A stretch of DNA of 64,000 nucleotides from Vulcanimicrobiota bacterium. GTDB taxonomy: Bacteria > Vulcanimicrobiota > Vulcanimicrobiia > Vulcanimicrobiales > Vulcanimicrobiaceae. The position numbers and the translations under genes were made by a program. This document shows, in pieces, positions 11,270 through 20,933 of this stretch. The DNA is taken from the NCBI GenBank assembly GCA_963812155.1, contig CAWETW010000001.1, positions 608,001 to 672,000 of the forward strand. Reading direction: 5' to 3'. The first letter of the stretch is position 1, and each line of letters begins with the position of its first letter. The notes below the pieces were generated by a model. The model was not told the DNA's origin. It worked only from the letters and a program-made list of their open reading frames with translations, and ran no database searches.

Positions 11270-11355
11270 GCCTCCCATCAAGGTTCCCTCAAATCAACCG
11301 GCTCGGCGAACGATGCGGTCGGAATTTTGCCGCCTTACCGCGAAAAGGCGCCGTT

Positions 11356-13434
11356 ATGATGGATAGGACTACGCGAATCGTCTCTGCGCTACTCGCAATG
11401 CTGATGGCGCCGTTGGCCCTCGGCGCCGCCCCGGCGGAGCCGCCGCCGCTTCAACCGGCTCACCCCACCCAGATCGACTGGAATCTCACACCCGAGCAGA
11501 TCACGGCGACGTGCACGGCACAAATAGCCGACTTGGATGCAGCGGTCAAACGGATCATGGCGGTGCCGAGCCCGCGCACATTCCAGAATACGCTGCTTCC
11601 GCTGGAAAACGCGGAAGCCGACTTGAACGACCAATTCGTAGCGCAAGGGTTCCTCTTCAACATGGCGCTCGACAAGCCGGTACGCGATGCGTCCGATCGC
11701 TGCAACATTGCCCAGAGCAACTATTTCGCCGCTTTCGGAGCGCGTCCGGACGTCTATCATGCACTGGTCGAGGTTCAGCACAGTGGGACGGCTAAGACGC
11801 CCGCCGACAAGAAACTTCTCGAGTATTATCTCGTCAGCGCTCGCCGCTCCGGCGCGGCGCTCTCGGCCGACAAACGCAAGAGCTTCGTCGCCCTATCCAA
11901 CCAGTTGACCGATCTCGGCAGCAAATGGCAAGCCACCCTCAACAACGACGAGGCGACGGTGACCATCACGGCCGCTCAAACACAGAGCTTGCCGCCCGGA
12001 TTCGTGAAAACGCTGACGCAGAATGCCGACGGCACCTATACCGTGAAGGTCAACGAAAGCACGGTGGTGCCGTTCCTGGAAAACCAGAGCGATGCGGCTG
12101 CGCGTAAGACGTATTACGTGGCGTACAACAATCGCGCCGTCGGCAACGTGGCGGTCCTCGAACAGGCCATCGACGTGCGCTACCAGTTAGCCCGGCTGTT
12201 GGGATTCGATTCTTGGGCCGCCTACCAGCTGGCCGATCGCATGGCGCAAACGCCGGCGCGGGTCTTCTCGTTCGAGCGTTCGCTGGACGCAAAACTCATG
12301 CCGCAGGCCAAACGCGACCTCGCGGCGTTGGCGGCGCTCAAAGCGAAGGAAACCGGCGATCCGAACGCGCCCATCGAGCCGTGGGACGTTACGTATTATA
12401 ACAATCAACTCGTCAAGACAACATACTCGGTGGATAACGAGGAAATACGGCAATATTTTCCCGTCGAGGTCGTGATCGACCGCATCATGAACCTCTACCA
12501 CAAGCTTCTCGGCGTAACGTTCGTTAAAGTAGCCGATCCAAAGGCGTGGGCGCCGGACGTGATTAGCTACAACGTGTTCGACACGCAGAGCGGACGGTTC
12601 GTCGGGACGACCTACTTCGATCTCTTTCCGCGGCCCGGTAAGTATTCGCATTTTGCGAACTGGCCGCTCGTCCCGGCACGCCGGCTGGCCGACGGAAGCT
12701 ATCGGCCGCCGGTCACCGCCATCTTAGGCAACTGGCCACGGCCGGCTCCGGGCGCGCCCGCGTTGCTTTCGCATCAGGACGTCATCACGTTTTTTCATGA
12801 GTTCGGGCATAATCTCGCGGCACTGCTGGCGACCGCGCCGTACGAAACGCTGAGCGCCGGGTTCCGTCAGGATTTCGTCGAGGCGCCTTCGCAAATGCTC
12901 GAGAACTTCATGTGGGAGCCGGCGATTCTTAAGGAAGTCAGTTCCAACGTCACAACCGGCGCGCCGCTCCCGGACGATCTCATTGCAAAGATGGTCGCCG
13001 CGCGTTACGTCGACCAGGCGTATTTTACGCTCGGCCAAATCAAGCTGGGAATGGTCGACATGGCCTACCATTCGACCGGTCCGCACGTCGACACGACGGC
13101 CGTGTGGGGGCAGATTTCTTCGGAATACACGCCGCTGCCGATGGTTGCCGGAACGCATCCGCAAGCATCGTTCGGGCACCTCTTCGGCTACGATGCCGGC
13201 TACTACAGCTACTTGTGGGCGCTCGTGTACGCGCAAGACATGTTTACCGCGTTCAAAAACGGCGGCCTGGAAAACCCGGCGGTCGGGATGCGCTACCGCG
13301 AGACGATTCTCGCGCCCGCGCGCATCTACGAACCCGACGTTGAGGTGCGCGACTTTCTCGGCCGGCCGATGAGCAGCGACGCGTTCTACAAGCAGTTTGA
13401 AACCGCACCGGAGCCGACGCCGGCCCCGCACTGA
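11356..13434 (+). CDS. M3 family metallopeptidase (thimet oligopeptidase-like), secreted
   Basis: FDLFPRPGKY.H, FFHEFGH, DFVEAPSQMLE, FGHL.GYDAGYYSYLW; N-terminal signal peptide. Confidence 0.92.
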   Translation: MMDRTTRIVSALLAMLMAPLALGAAPAEPPPLQPAHPTQIDWNLTPEQITATCTAQIADLDAAVKRIMAVPSPRTFQNTLLPLENAEADLNDQFVAQGFLFNMALDKPVRDASDRCNIAQSNYFAAFGARPDVYHALVEVQHSGTAKTPADKKLLEYYLVSARRSGAALSADKRKSFVALSNQLTDLGSKWQATLNNDEATVTITAAQTQSLPPGFVKTLTQNADGTYTVKVNESTVVPFLENQSDAAARKTYYVAYNNRAVGNVAVLEQAIDVRYQLARLLGFDSWAAYQLADRMAQTPARVFSFERSLDAKLMPQAKRDLAALAALKAKETGDPNAPIEPWDVTYYNNQLVKTTYSVDNEEIRQYFPVEVVIDRIMNLYHKLLGVTFVKVADPKAWAPDVISYNVFDTQSGRFVGTTYFDLFPRPGKYSHFANWPLVPARRLADGSYRPPVTAILGNWPRPAPGAPALLSHQDVITFFHEFGHNLAALLATAPYETLSAGFRQDFVEAPSQMLENFMWEPAILKEVSSNVTTGAPLPDDLIAKMVAARYVDQAYFTLGQIKLGMVDMAYHSTGPHVDTTAVWGQISSEYTPLPMVAGTHPQASFGHLFGYDAGYYSYLWALVYAQDMFTAFKNGGLENPAVGMRYRETILAPARIYEPDVEVRDFLGRPMSSDAFYKQFETAPEPTPAPH

Positions 13435-14198
13435 ACCGAGCCGGCACCCCGCTCGACCACACCGGCCCGCGCAGAAGCGTTGGCTACTGAAAGAACGGGC
13501 TCGCTTCGGCGGGCCCGTTCTGCGTTCTGCTTTTGCCATGAAAGCGTCGCCTCGGCAACGACGCGACCGCCATCCATGAGCGCGAGCCGATCCATGCGGT
13601 GGCTCTTCGGAAGATAGAGCATCGCGACGCTGCCGGCCGGAACAACATTGCCGAGCATCGTGCGCGTGCCGTCGTGCATCCACGCGACCGCGAGTGCCTT
13701 CGATGCGCTTCGTACGACAACCACGTACCACGACCCGTCGAGCGCGTACATCACTTCCGCGGGCGGGCTCGCGTTGGCCGGCTGAAATCGCGCCGTCCGA
13801 TGCGGAGCGCTCGCCAGGCGACCCATCGCATCGCTTTGCGCGAGCATGGCGACGTGCGCCGCCCGATTCGCCGACCAGAAATAGGCTGAGGGCAGAAGTC
13901 CGAGGAGCAGCGCTGCTGCCATCGCTGCCGCGTACGGCCACGCCACACGCCGCGAACGGCGCTGCGCTTCGAGGAAGCGCGGTTGCACCAATTGGCCGAT
14001 ACGGGTCTCGAGGGCAGGCGGCGGCGTGCGTTGCGGCTCCGCCAAAGCGATCCGAGCGACGTCGTCCTCGGCGGCACCGACCTCCTCCATGCAGACGGTA
14101 CACTCGCGAAGGTGCGCGTCGATCGCCGCGCGTTCGTCGTCAGAGAGTGCACCGAGCGCGTACAGCGCGGCTCGATCCTCGACGTGCTCGTATCTCAC
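13386..14198 (-). CDS. Anti-sigma factor (RskA-like, zf-HC2 N-terminus); true 3' end may be earlier
   Basis: YALGAL...HLRECTVC (HxxxCxxC), one TM helix; overlaps the sigma gene stop. Confidence 0.8.
   Translation of the reverse strand: MRYEHVEDRAALYALGALSDDERAAIDAHLRECTVCMEEVGAAEDDVARIALAEPQRTPPPALETRIGQLVQPRFLEAQRRSRRVAWPYAAAMAAALLLGLLPSAYFWSANRAAHVAMLAQSDAMGRLASAPHRTARFQPANASPPAEVMYALDGSWYVVVVRSASKALAVAWMHDGTRTMLGNVVPAGSVAMLYLPKSHRMDRLALMDGGRVVAEATLSWQKQNAERARRSEPVLSVANASARAGVVERGAGSVQCGAGVGSGAVSNCL
13492..13521. terminator. Stable hairpin between convergent genes
   Basis: AGAACGGGCTCGC-TTCG-GCGGGCCCGTTCT; lies in the doubtful C-terminal extension of the anti-sigma ORF. Confidence 0.5.
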
Positions 14199-14758
14199 AA
14201 CCGATCGCCCCCGTTAGCTACGGTCGATTTCAGAACGGAGCCGAGTTTTCGCAGGCCGTGCTTGATGCGGCTCTTGATCGTACCCAGCGGCGCGTGAAGT
14301 TCGGCTGCGATCTCGCTGTGCGTCTTTCGTTCGTAGTACGCCAGTTCGAGCGCGGTGCGCTGATCGGGCGGCAGCGCGCGGAGCGCGCTTCGAACCCGGT
14401 CGCGCTCGATCGGATCGGCCACCTGCAACTGCTCGTGCTCCACCGGCAGCGCGGCAAGGCGTTGCTCCAGACGAAGTGCGCGAGACTGGCGCCGGCGGCG
14501 CGAGATTGCTTCGTTGCGAACGCAGACCACGAGGAAGCTTCGCAGATTGCCGCGGGACGCTGAGTATGCTCCTCGCGATCGCCAAAGCGTTGCGACTGCG
14601 TCCGCTATGCAATCTTGAGCGTCGTCGGCGTTACCCAGCACGTTATAGGCTGCCGAATAGAGCAGCGCCGCGTAGCGGCGATAGGCCTCGCCGAACGCCC
14701 AGCCCTCGTGCGCCGCAAACGCAGCAGCCAAAACCTCATCTCCCTCGCCCGCCGGCAT
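14195..14758 (-). CDS. ECF RNA polymerase sigma factor (SigK-like)
   Basis: Region 2 (AQD, LW, RNEAI) and region 4 (LPPDQR.ALELAYY..THSEIA..L..PLGTIKSR). Confidence 0.9.
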   Translation of the reverse strand: MPAGEGDEVLAAAFAAHEGWAFGEAYRRYAALLYSAAYNVLGNADDAQDCIADAVATLWRSRGAYSASRGNLRSFLVVCVRNEAISRRRRQSRALRLEQRLAALPVEHEQLQVADPIERDRVRSALRALPPDQRTALELAYYERKTHSEIAAELHAPLGTIKSRIKHGLRKLGSVLKSTVANGGDRL

Positions 14759-14805
14759 CGTGGGGCACAGACTTCGACGCGGGCGACCGTATCATCCGCT
14801 CAGAG

Positions 14806-14870
14806 AACGCCGGAGGAGCTCGGCCGGATGCTTTTCGAATCACTCATCCGGTCACGTTGGGCAAATCGTA
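14806..14870. promoter_or_regulatory. Divergent ECF-type promoters
   Basis: Minus strand GCATCC-16-CGTT (14831-14806); plus strand TCATCC-17-CGTA (14844-14870). Confidence 0.5.
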
Positions 14871-14878
14871 CCAAAGCA

Positions 14879-15346
14879 ATGAATGTTTTACTTTCCGTCA
14901 TCCTGCTCGCGCAAAGCGCCTTCGCTCCGCTTTACGGCGCCCCGCAGTGGATCGGATCGCGACCTGCCGCCGCGTCGTATGCGGGCAAAGTCGTCGTCGT
15001 CGACGTCTTTACCTTCGATTGCATTAACTGCCAGCACGTCGTCCCAGAACTGCGCTCCCTGCGCGCCCACTACGCGACGAAGGATCTGCTCGTCGTCGGG
15101 ATCCATACTCCGGAAACGCCCTTTGAACGCGTACGGGCGAACGTCGTTGCGGCGCTCGCGACGCAAGGGATTTCGTGGCCGGTCGCGATCGACAACGACG
15201 AGAAGCTGTGGAACGCCTACGGCATTGCGTACTGGCCGACGCAGCTGATCTTCGACCGTCACGGGCGGCTCAGAAAGACGGTCATCGGCGAGGGCCAAGA
15301 TGCCGAAGTCACGTCAACGGTCGCCGCGTTAGCGGCAGAGCGATGA
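14879..15346 (+). CDS. Redoxin (TlpA/DipZ-like thioredoxin domain)
   Basis: FTFDCINC, GIHTPE, WPVAIDND, YWPT, GEG. Confidence 0.85.
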   Translation: MNVLLSVILLAQSAFAPLYGAPQWIGSRPAAASYAGKVVVVDVFTFDCINCQHVVPELRSLRAHYATKDLLVVGIHTPETPFERVRANVVAALATQGISWPVAIDNDEKLWNAYGIAYWPTQLIFDRHGRLRKTVIGEGQDAEVTSTVAALAAER

Positions 15347-15450
15347 TCTCAACGACGTGATGCCGTCGCACCTTTCCATTCTGAGGAGGTCTGCGTACAA
15401 CGTAGGACAAAACCAAGCCACTGAAAACCTGCGCATGGGAGGGCTCAGTC

Positions 15451-15987
15451 ATGACGCAGGAGACCTTAAACACCGTCGCCACTGTCGGCACATTTATCGT
15501 GATTGCGGCGACCGCGATCGCCGCCGTCGTGCAACTACGCCATTTACGCGACCAGAATCAACTTACCGGCTTGCTAACCGTCCTGGAGCGAGTAGAGGAT
15601 CCGCAATTCAACGAATGGGTGGATGGGGCAAGGGAACTGCTCAGATTACGTATGCCTGATCCCGCCTACCGGCGCACGCTCCTCGACGGGACGTTTGAGC
15701 GAAGAAACAACCCGTGGCTAAATCTCGCGAACTCATATGACTGGGTTGGTAGCCTGGTGAAGCACAAGCTGATCCCTGAGGAGTCGTTGCTCGATGTGTA
15801 TTCAAGATGGCAGATTGTCGAGGGCGTTGTTCCGCTAGTACGCAAGCGCGGAGGACCGGGCGTATGGGAGAACTTTGAATATCTCGTCGTCCAAGCGCGC
15901 AACTGGAGCATGCGATATCCGGACGGAGCTTATCCAAAAGGCGTCGCAAGGCTTCAGATTGATGTTACGTGGCCGGAACTCGCATAG
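15451..15987 (+). CDS. Hypothetical protein, N-terminal TM helix (DUF4760-like)
   Basis: TFIVIAATAIAAVVQLRHLR...N.YDWVG.LVK...WENFEYL; SD GGAGG. Confidence 0.6.
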   Translation: MTQETLNTVATVGTFIVIAATAIAAVVQLRHLRDQNQLTGLLTVLERVEDPQFNEWVDGARELLRLRMPDPAYRRTLLDGTFERRNNPWLNLANSYDWVGSLVKHKLIPEESLLDVYSRWQIVEGVVPLVRKRGGPGVWENFEYLVVQARNWSMRYPDGAYPKGVARLQIDVTWPELA

Positions 15988-16091
15988 ACACGAGGTCTCA
16001 GGAGCCAGACGAACGATGCCCTTGTCGTTTGCACCTCTACGCGTTGCCGTGCCTCACAGTGTGCCGCCGAATGGAGCCTAGGTCTTAAACC

Positions 16092-16163
16092 TCGGACCCG
16101 GTCGTTCTCGAAAATCGTCTTGTACTTATCCGGATCGGTGCATGTCGGATCTAGGTCGTCCAT
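16092..16163 (-). pseudogene. 5' stub of a cupin-domain gene
   Basis: MDDLDPTCTDPDKYKTIFENDRVR is a typical small-cupin N-terminus; similarity stops abruptly. Confidence 0.6.
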
Positions 16164-16304
16164 GTCGCTGTCTTCTTTCTCTCAACGGACAATCGCTATG
16201 AATGCATCGTATCGTCATATTGTGGTCGAGGGGACACAAATCGCATTGTTAGCACCCCAAATCGCAATTCTGAAGCTGTCCGGTCCGCGCGTGCTAACGT
16301 CCAG

Positions 16305-16685
16305 TTAGTCCTTTGCAGACGCTATAGCTTCATGCACCGCCAAGAATGCCTGTCGACCCGTGGGCGTTCCGCAGTAAACGGTGATCTGAACCAAAGCCTC
16401 TTTGATTTCGTCGACCGTTACGCCGCTGCCGAGCGCGGCATTCGTGTAAATGCCCAGCTCTTGAAAACGGCCCAGTCCTGCGAGGATTCCAAGCGTCAAG
16501 ATACTTCGTGACTTCCGGTCGAGTCCGGGACGACTCCATGCGTAGCCCCAAGCCAATTCCGTAACGGCTCGTTGAAACGTCTGCATGAATTCGTCAGAAC
16601 CTTCAAGGTTCGCGTCCACATACTTAGCGCCGAGTACTTGCCTCCGCGTCTCGAGACCCTTCTCGAATAACTCGTTGTCAGCCAT
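16305..16685 (-). CDS. Carboxymuconolactone decarboxylase family protein
   Basis: GLETRRQVLG..YV, AWG..WSRPGLDRKSRS, EIKE.L.Q..VYCG.P. Confidence 0.85.
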   Translation of the reverse strand: MADNELFEKGLETRRQVLGAKYVDANLEGSDEFMQTFQRAVTELAWGYAWSRPGLDRKSRSILTLGILAGLGRFQELGIYTNAALGSGVTVDEIKEALVQITVYCGTPTGRQAFLAVHEAIASAKD

Positions 16686-16750
16686 CGCCTGACTCTCCGT
16701 TCCTTCGGCATGATTGCTCTCAACGGTGAGGCGCGCGTCACGAAGCTGAT

Positions 16751-16789
16751 TCACCAAAACAGGCCGCCAACTCCCGTGACGCGTTCCAT
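16751..16789 (-). pseudogene. 13-codon stub of a VOC/glyoxalase-family gene
   Basis: MERVTGVGGLFW* resembles the M.RVTGIGGVFF N-terminus of VOC proteins. Confidence 0.5.
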
Positions 16790-16868
16790 CCCGACTAATT
16801 TGGTGGAACGATGACGATCCTCCCGCAGGTAGATCCGCGAAGGGCCGCGCAGTGCATTGCTTACACAG

Positions 16869-19610
16869 ATGGCCCTCAATGCACCCCGTCCTACTGGAAC
16901 TGTCACGCTGCTTTTTACCGACATCGAGGGCAGCACGCAACATTGGGAGCAGCAGCGCGCGGCGATGCCCGATGCATTGCGCCGCCACGACGAGCTGCTT
17001 CGAGCGGCCATCGAAGCACATAGCGGTTACATTTTCAAGACCGTAGGCGATGCGTTTTGCGCAGCGTTTTGGCGGGCGTCAAGCGCTGTCGCAGCTGCTG
17101 CTGATGCGCAACGGGGACTCGCGAGCGCGGACTGGAGCGCCGTCGGCGGTCTGGCGGTGCGCATGGCGCTGCATAGCGGCGCAACCGACGAGCGCGACGG
17201 TGATTATTTCGGACCGGCGGTCAATCGCGTCGCGCGGCTCGTGGCTATCGGTCACGGCGGCCAAATCCTGCTCTCCGGCGCTACCCGTGAACTCACGCAT
17301 GGCGATCTGCCCGCCGGCACGGCGCTCGTCGATCTCGGTGAGCAGCGGCTGCACGATCTCACCGACACCGAGCACGTGTGGCAGATTGACGTCGAGGGGT
17401 TGCCGAGCGAATTTCCGTCGCTGCGCTCACTCGACGCACTGCCGAACAACTTGCCCGTTTCGCGCACCACCTTCGTGGGGCGCGAACGTGACGTAGCCGA
17501 AGTCAAGGAGCTGCTCGAGCATCACCGCCTGCTCACGCTGGTTGGTTCGGGTGGTGTCGGCAAGACGCGCCTGGCAATCCAGGTCGGCGTTGAACTGCTC
17601 GATCGCTATCCCGACGGGGCGTGGTTCGTCGACTTCGCCCCGATCAACGACCCGGAGCTGGTCGCCAGCGTCGTCGCGCAGGCGCTGGGTATGAGCCAAC
17701 AGGAAGGGCGGCGCATCGACGAGGCGATTCCGCAATGGCTGCGGCGCAAGAAGTTGCTGGTCATCTTCGACAATTGCGAGCACGTGCTGGAGCCGACGGC
17801 AGCGCTTGCGGATAACATCTTAGCAACGGCGCCGGATGTTCGCATCTTGTCGACGTCGCGCGAAAGGCTCGACGTCATCGGCGAAGCGGTGCACCGGCTC
17901 CCGTCGTTGGCGGTTCCAGCTGAGGCCGCCGGCTTGACGCCCGATGAAGCGCTGCGCTATGGCGCCGTTGCCCTTTTCGTGGATAGGGCCAAGGCCGCCG
18001 ATACGCGCTTTACGCTCACGGATGACGGCGCACCAATCGTCGCCCAGATCTGCCAGCGGCTCGATGGCATTGCACTGGCAATCGAACTCGCTGCCGCGCG
18101 CGTCAAGATGCTTTCCATCCCTAACCTCGCGCAGCGACTCAACGAACGCTTCAAGCTGCTCACGGGAGGGAGTCGCACCGCGCTTCCGCGCCAGAAAACG
18201 CTCGGCGCGCTGATCGACTGGAGTTACGACCTACTCGCGTCACACGAGCAACTGTTGTTTGCGCGCCTTGGGATCTTTGCCGGCGGATTTGGCCTGGATG
18301 CCGTGAAAGCAGTCTGCGGCGGCGATCTCGACGACGTTGACGTTTTCGAGGTGCTTGAGTCCTTGACCGACAAATCGCTGGTCGTCGCCGACACCGGCGG
18401 CGAGCGCGAACGCTACCGGCTGCTCGAATCAACGGCCGCGTACGCGCTCGAGAAACTCAACGCATCGGGACAGGGCGAACGCATGGCCAGACGTCACGCC
18501 GAATACTTTCGCGACGAGGCCGAAGCTGCGGACGAATGGCTCGGCGTCTCGACGATTGCATGGCTTGCCGCCGTCGAGCCCGAGCTGGACAACTACCGGA
18601 CGGCGCTGGAGTGGGCGCTTACGCTCGAGAATAACGCCGTGTTAGGCGGCGCGATTGCCGGCGCAATCGAACGCCTTTGGTTGCATACCGGCCTCGTCGT
18701 CGAAGGGCGCTATTGGATTGGGCGTGCGCTCCCGCGCATTGACGAGGCCGAGCAGCCGCGCATTGCAGCGAGGTTGTGGTTGACGCAGGCGAGACTCTTA
18801 CCCGGCAAGGGCTGCTATGACGCGGCCGAGCAGGCGCTGCGGCTTTACGAATCTGTCGGCGACGTACGTGGCGCGGCGCGCGCACTGCGACTTCGCGGCT
18901 ACGCACTGTATCAGATGGGCCGCCTCGATGAGGCCCACAAGACGACGGTCCTCGCGCTTGCGGGGTCGCGCACGTGCGCAGATTCGTTGATGGTTGTCGA
19001 CTTGCTCGTGCTGCAGGCGGCCATCGAAATGAGCCGAGGCGATCTCGGCGCGGCGCGCGAGCTCTATGCGCATGCTCTCGCGGGCTGGAAATCGACTGGC
19101 GATGAGCTTGGCATTGCATCGGTATTGGGCTCAATGGCGGAGATGGAATTTGCGGCGGGCGATCCCGCGCAGGCGCTGCGTTGGACGAACGAGGCGCTGG
19201 AGCTCGGATCGCTCGGGAAAAACTTATCGTTTGCAGCGAACTGGCGCGTTAACAGCGCCGCCTATCGCATCGCACTCGGCGACCTTACAGGAGCCCGCGA
19301 GTCGGGACGCGGCGGATTGCGTCTCGCCCGGCAGGCAAGAAGCGAACTGTTCCTCGCCACCGCGCTTCAGCATCTGGCCCTCGTTGCAGCGCTCGCCGGA
19401 GATACGCGACGCGCTGCTCGGTTGTTGGGCTACGTCGATGCGAAATACGGCGAGCTCGGAATGAAACGCGAAATCACTGAGCAATGGGGCCATGACAAGT
19501 TAGTCGCGACGCTGCGCGAAACGATCGGCGCAGATGAGATCAAAAAACTTGCGGCCGAAGGCGCCGCATGGCTGGAAGACCACGCAATCGAGGAAGCGTT
19601 AGCGGTTTAG
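16869..19610 (+). CDS. Class III nucleotide cyclase - NB-ARC-like ATPase - TPR protein
   Basis: LLFTDIEGST, KTVGDAF, DYFGPAVNRVAR; Walker A GSGGVGKT, FDNCEH, LDGIALAIELAA; C-terminal helical repeats. Confidence 0.9.
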   Translation: MALNAPRPTGTVTLLFTDIEGSTQHWEQQRAAMPDALRRHDELLRAAIEAHSGYIFKTVGDAFCAAFWRASSAVAAAADAQRGLASADWSAVGGLAVRMALHSGATDERDGDYFGPAVNRVARLVAIGHGGQILLSGATRELTHGDLPAGTALVDLGEQRLHDLTDTEHVWQIDVEGLPSEFPSLRSLDALPNNLPVSRTTFVGRERDVAEVKELLEHHRLLTLVGSGGVGKTRLAIQVGVELLDRYPDGAWFVDFAPINDPELVASVVAQALGMSQQEGRRIDEAIPQWLRRKKLLVIFDNCEHVLEPTAALADNILATAPDVRILSTSRERLDVIGEAVHRLPSLAVPAEAAGLTPDEALRYGAVALFVDRAKAADTRFTLTDDGAPIVAQICQRLDGIALAIELAAARVKMLSIPNLAQRLNERFKLLTGGSRTALPRQKTLGALIDWSYDLLASHEQLLFARLGIFAGGFGLDAVKAVCGGDLDDVDVFEVLESLTDKSLVVADTGGERERYRLLESTAAYALEKLNASGQGERMARRHAEYFRDEAEAADEWLGVSTIAWLAAVEPELDNYRTALEWALTLENNAVLGGAIAGAIERLWLHTGLVVEGRYWIGRALPRIDEAEQPRIAARLWLTQARLLPGKGCYDAAEQALRLYESVGDVRGAARALRLRGYALYQMGRLDEAHKTTVLALAGSRTCADSLMVVDLLVLQAAIEMSRGDLGAARELYAHALAGWKSTGDELGIASVLGSMAEMEFAAGDPAQALRWTNEALELGSLGKNLSFAANWRVNSAAYRIALGDLTGARESGRGGLRLARQARSELFLATALQHLALVAALAGDTRRAARLLGYVDAKYGELGMKREITEQWGHDKLVATLRETIGADEIKKLAAEGAAWLEDHAIEEALAV

Positions 19611-19709
19611 ACGTGCGTTCGAAAGTTGCGTGGGAATCGACGAAGAGCCCCATGCTTAGCGGCACGGGGAACCCAGGGGGCCGAACGATGCCACCGAAAG
19701 CGGCCTTCT

Positions 19710-20927
19710 ATGAATAGCGTTAATCTGCGCCGTTATGCGTTGAGCACCGCGGCTTTGGCTTTACTCGCGGCCTGCGGCGGTTCGCAGCCTCCGATCCAGG
19801 CAACGCAAGCGTTCGCACATCGCATTCCGGCTACCCAGAACTACGAGGTGCTGTATAGCTTCGGCAACGGCGCCGACGGCGCAAACCCGGCAGCGGCGTT
19901 AGTTGCGTTGAGTAACGGTTCGGGCTGCTGCTTCTACGGTACGACACAATATGGCGGCAAATACAACAAAGGCACGGTGTTCGGGTACGGGGCTGCCGGC
20001 GAGGCCGTGCTACACAGCTTTGGCGCCGGCTCCGACGGAGTTTCTCCGCAGTCGGGTTTGGTCGAAGTCAACGGCGCGCTCTACGGAACGACGCCCTACG
20101 GCGGGAAACATGGCGACGGTACGGTCTTTAGCGTCAATCCAACGACCGGCGCGGAGACCGTTTTGCTCGATTTTAACGGTCACGATGGAGCGCTGCCGTT
20201 CTCGGGACTGCTCGACGTCAGCGGCACGCTCTACGGCACAACCTACGAAGGCGGCGACGGCAATCGCGGAGTCGTGTACGGCATCACCACGAGCGGTACG
20301 CAAAAAGTGGTATATAGCTTCCACGGGCGACCGCACGGCGGCAACCCCGACGGCGCATCGCCGATTGGCGGCTTGATCAGCATGGACGGTTTGCTGTACG
20401 GCACGACCGATCAAGGCGGTAATTCGGGTGACGGGACGGTCTTTAGCCTCAACCCCGCTACCGGCGTGGAAACGGTGCTGCACGCGTTTGACGGGTCCGA
20501 CGGGGCAAACCCCTGGGTGGGATTGCTCGACGTAAGCGGCACGCTCTACGGCACCGCACAAGGCGGCGGAACGAATGGCGACGGCACGATTTTCAAACTC
20601 ATTCCGCCGACGAAAGTGCGGCCTATCGCTTTCGCCGTGGTTCACGATTTTGTCGCGGCCGAGGGAGCGCGGCCGCGCGCGCCACTCGTTAATTTCGATA
20701 ACGAACTCTACGGCACGACGAGCTTCGGCGGCGCATCCGATAAAGGCGCGATGTATAATATTTCGCTGCAGGGAGCGTTGGGAGAAACGCATAGTTTCGC
20801 CGGCGGCCCCGGCGACGGATCGCAGCCGTGGGCGGGAGTGCTGCTGATGGACGGCACGTTGTACGGCACGACGCTCAAGGGCGGCCTATACCGTAAGGGT
20901 GCGATCTTCTTGTGCGAGTTCTGTTAG
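19710..20927 (+). CDS. Lipoprotein with tandem beta-propeller repeats (GloVer-type)
   Basis: Lipobox LLAAC; about seven repeats of DGA.P...L....G.LYGTT..GG....GTVF. Confidence 0.85.
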   Translation: MNSVNLRRYALSTAALALLAACGGSQPPIQATQAFAHRIPATQNYEVLYSFGNGADGANPAAALVALSNGSGCCFYGTTQYGGKYNKGTVFGYGAAGEAVLHSFGAGSDGVSPQSGLVEVNGALYGTTPYGGKHGDGTVFSVNPTTGAETVLLDFNGHDGALPFSGLLDVSGTLYGTTYEGGDGNRGVVYGITTSGTQKVVYSFHGRPHGGNPDGASPIGGLISMDGLLYGTTDQGGNSGDGTVFSLNPATGVETVLHAFDGSDGANPWVGLLDVSGTLYGTAQGGGTNGDGTIFKLIPPTKVRPIAFAVVHDFVAAEGARPRAPLVNFDNELYGTTSFGGASDKGAMYNISLQGALGETHSFAGGPGDGSQPWAGVLLMDGTLYGTTLKGGLYRKGAIFLCEFC

Positions 20928-20933
20928 CGATCG

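Noticed and set aside
16248..16298. Canonical integron attC site
   Set aside because: Order is GTT...AAC, opposite to RYYYAAC...GTTRRRY, and internal pairing is poor.
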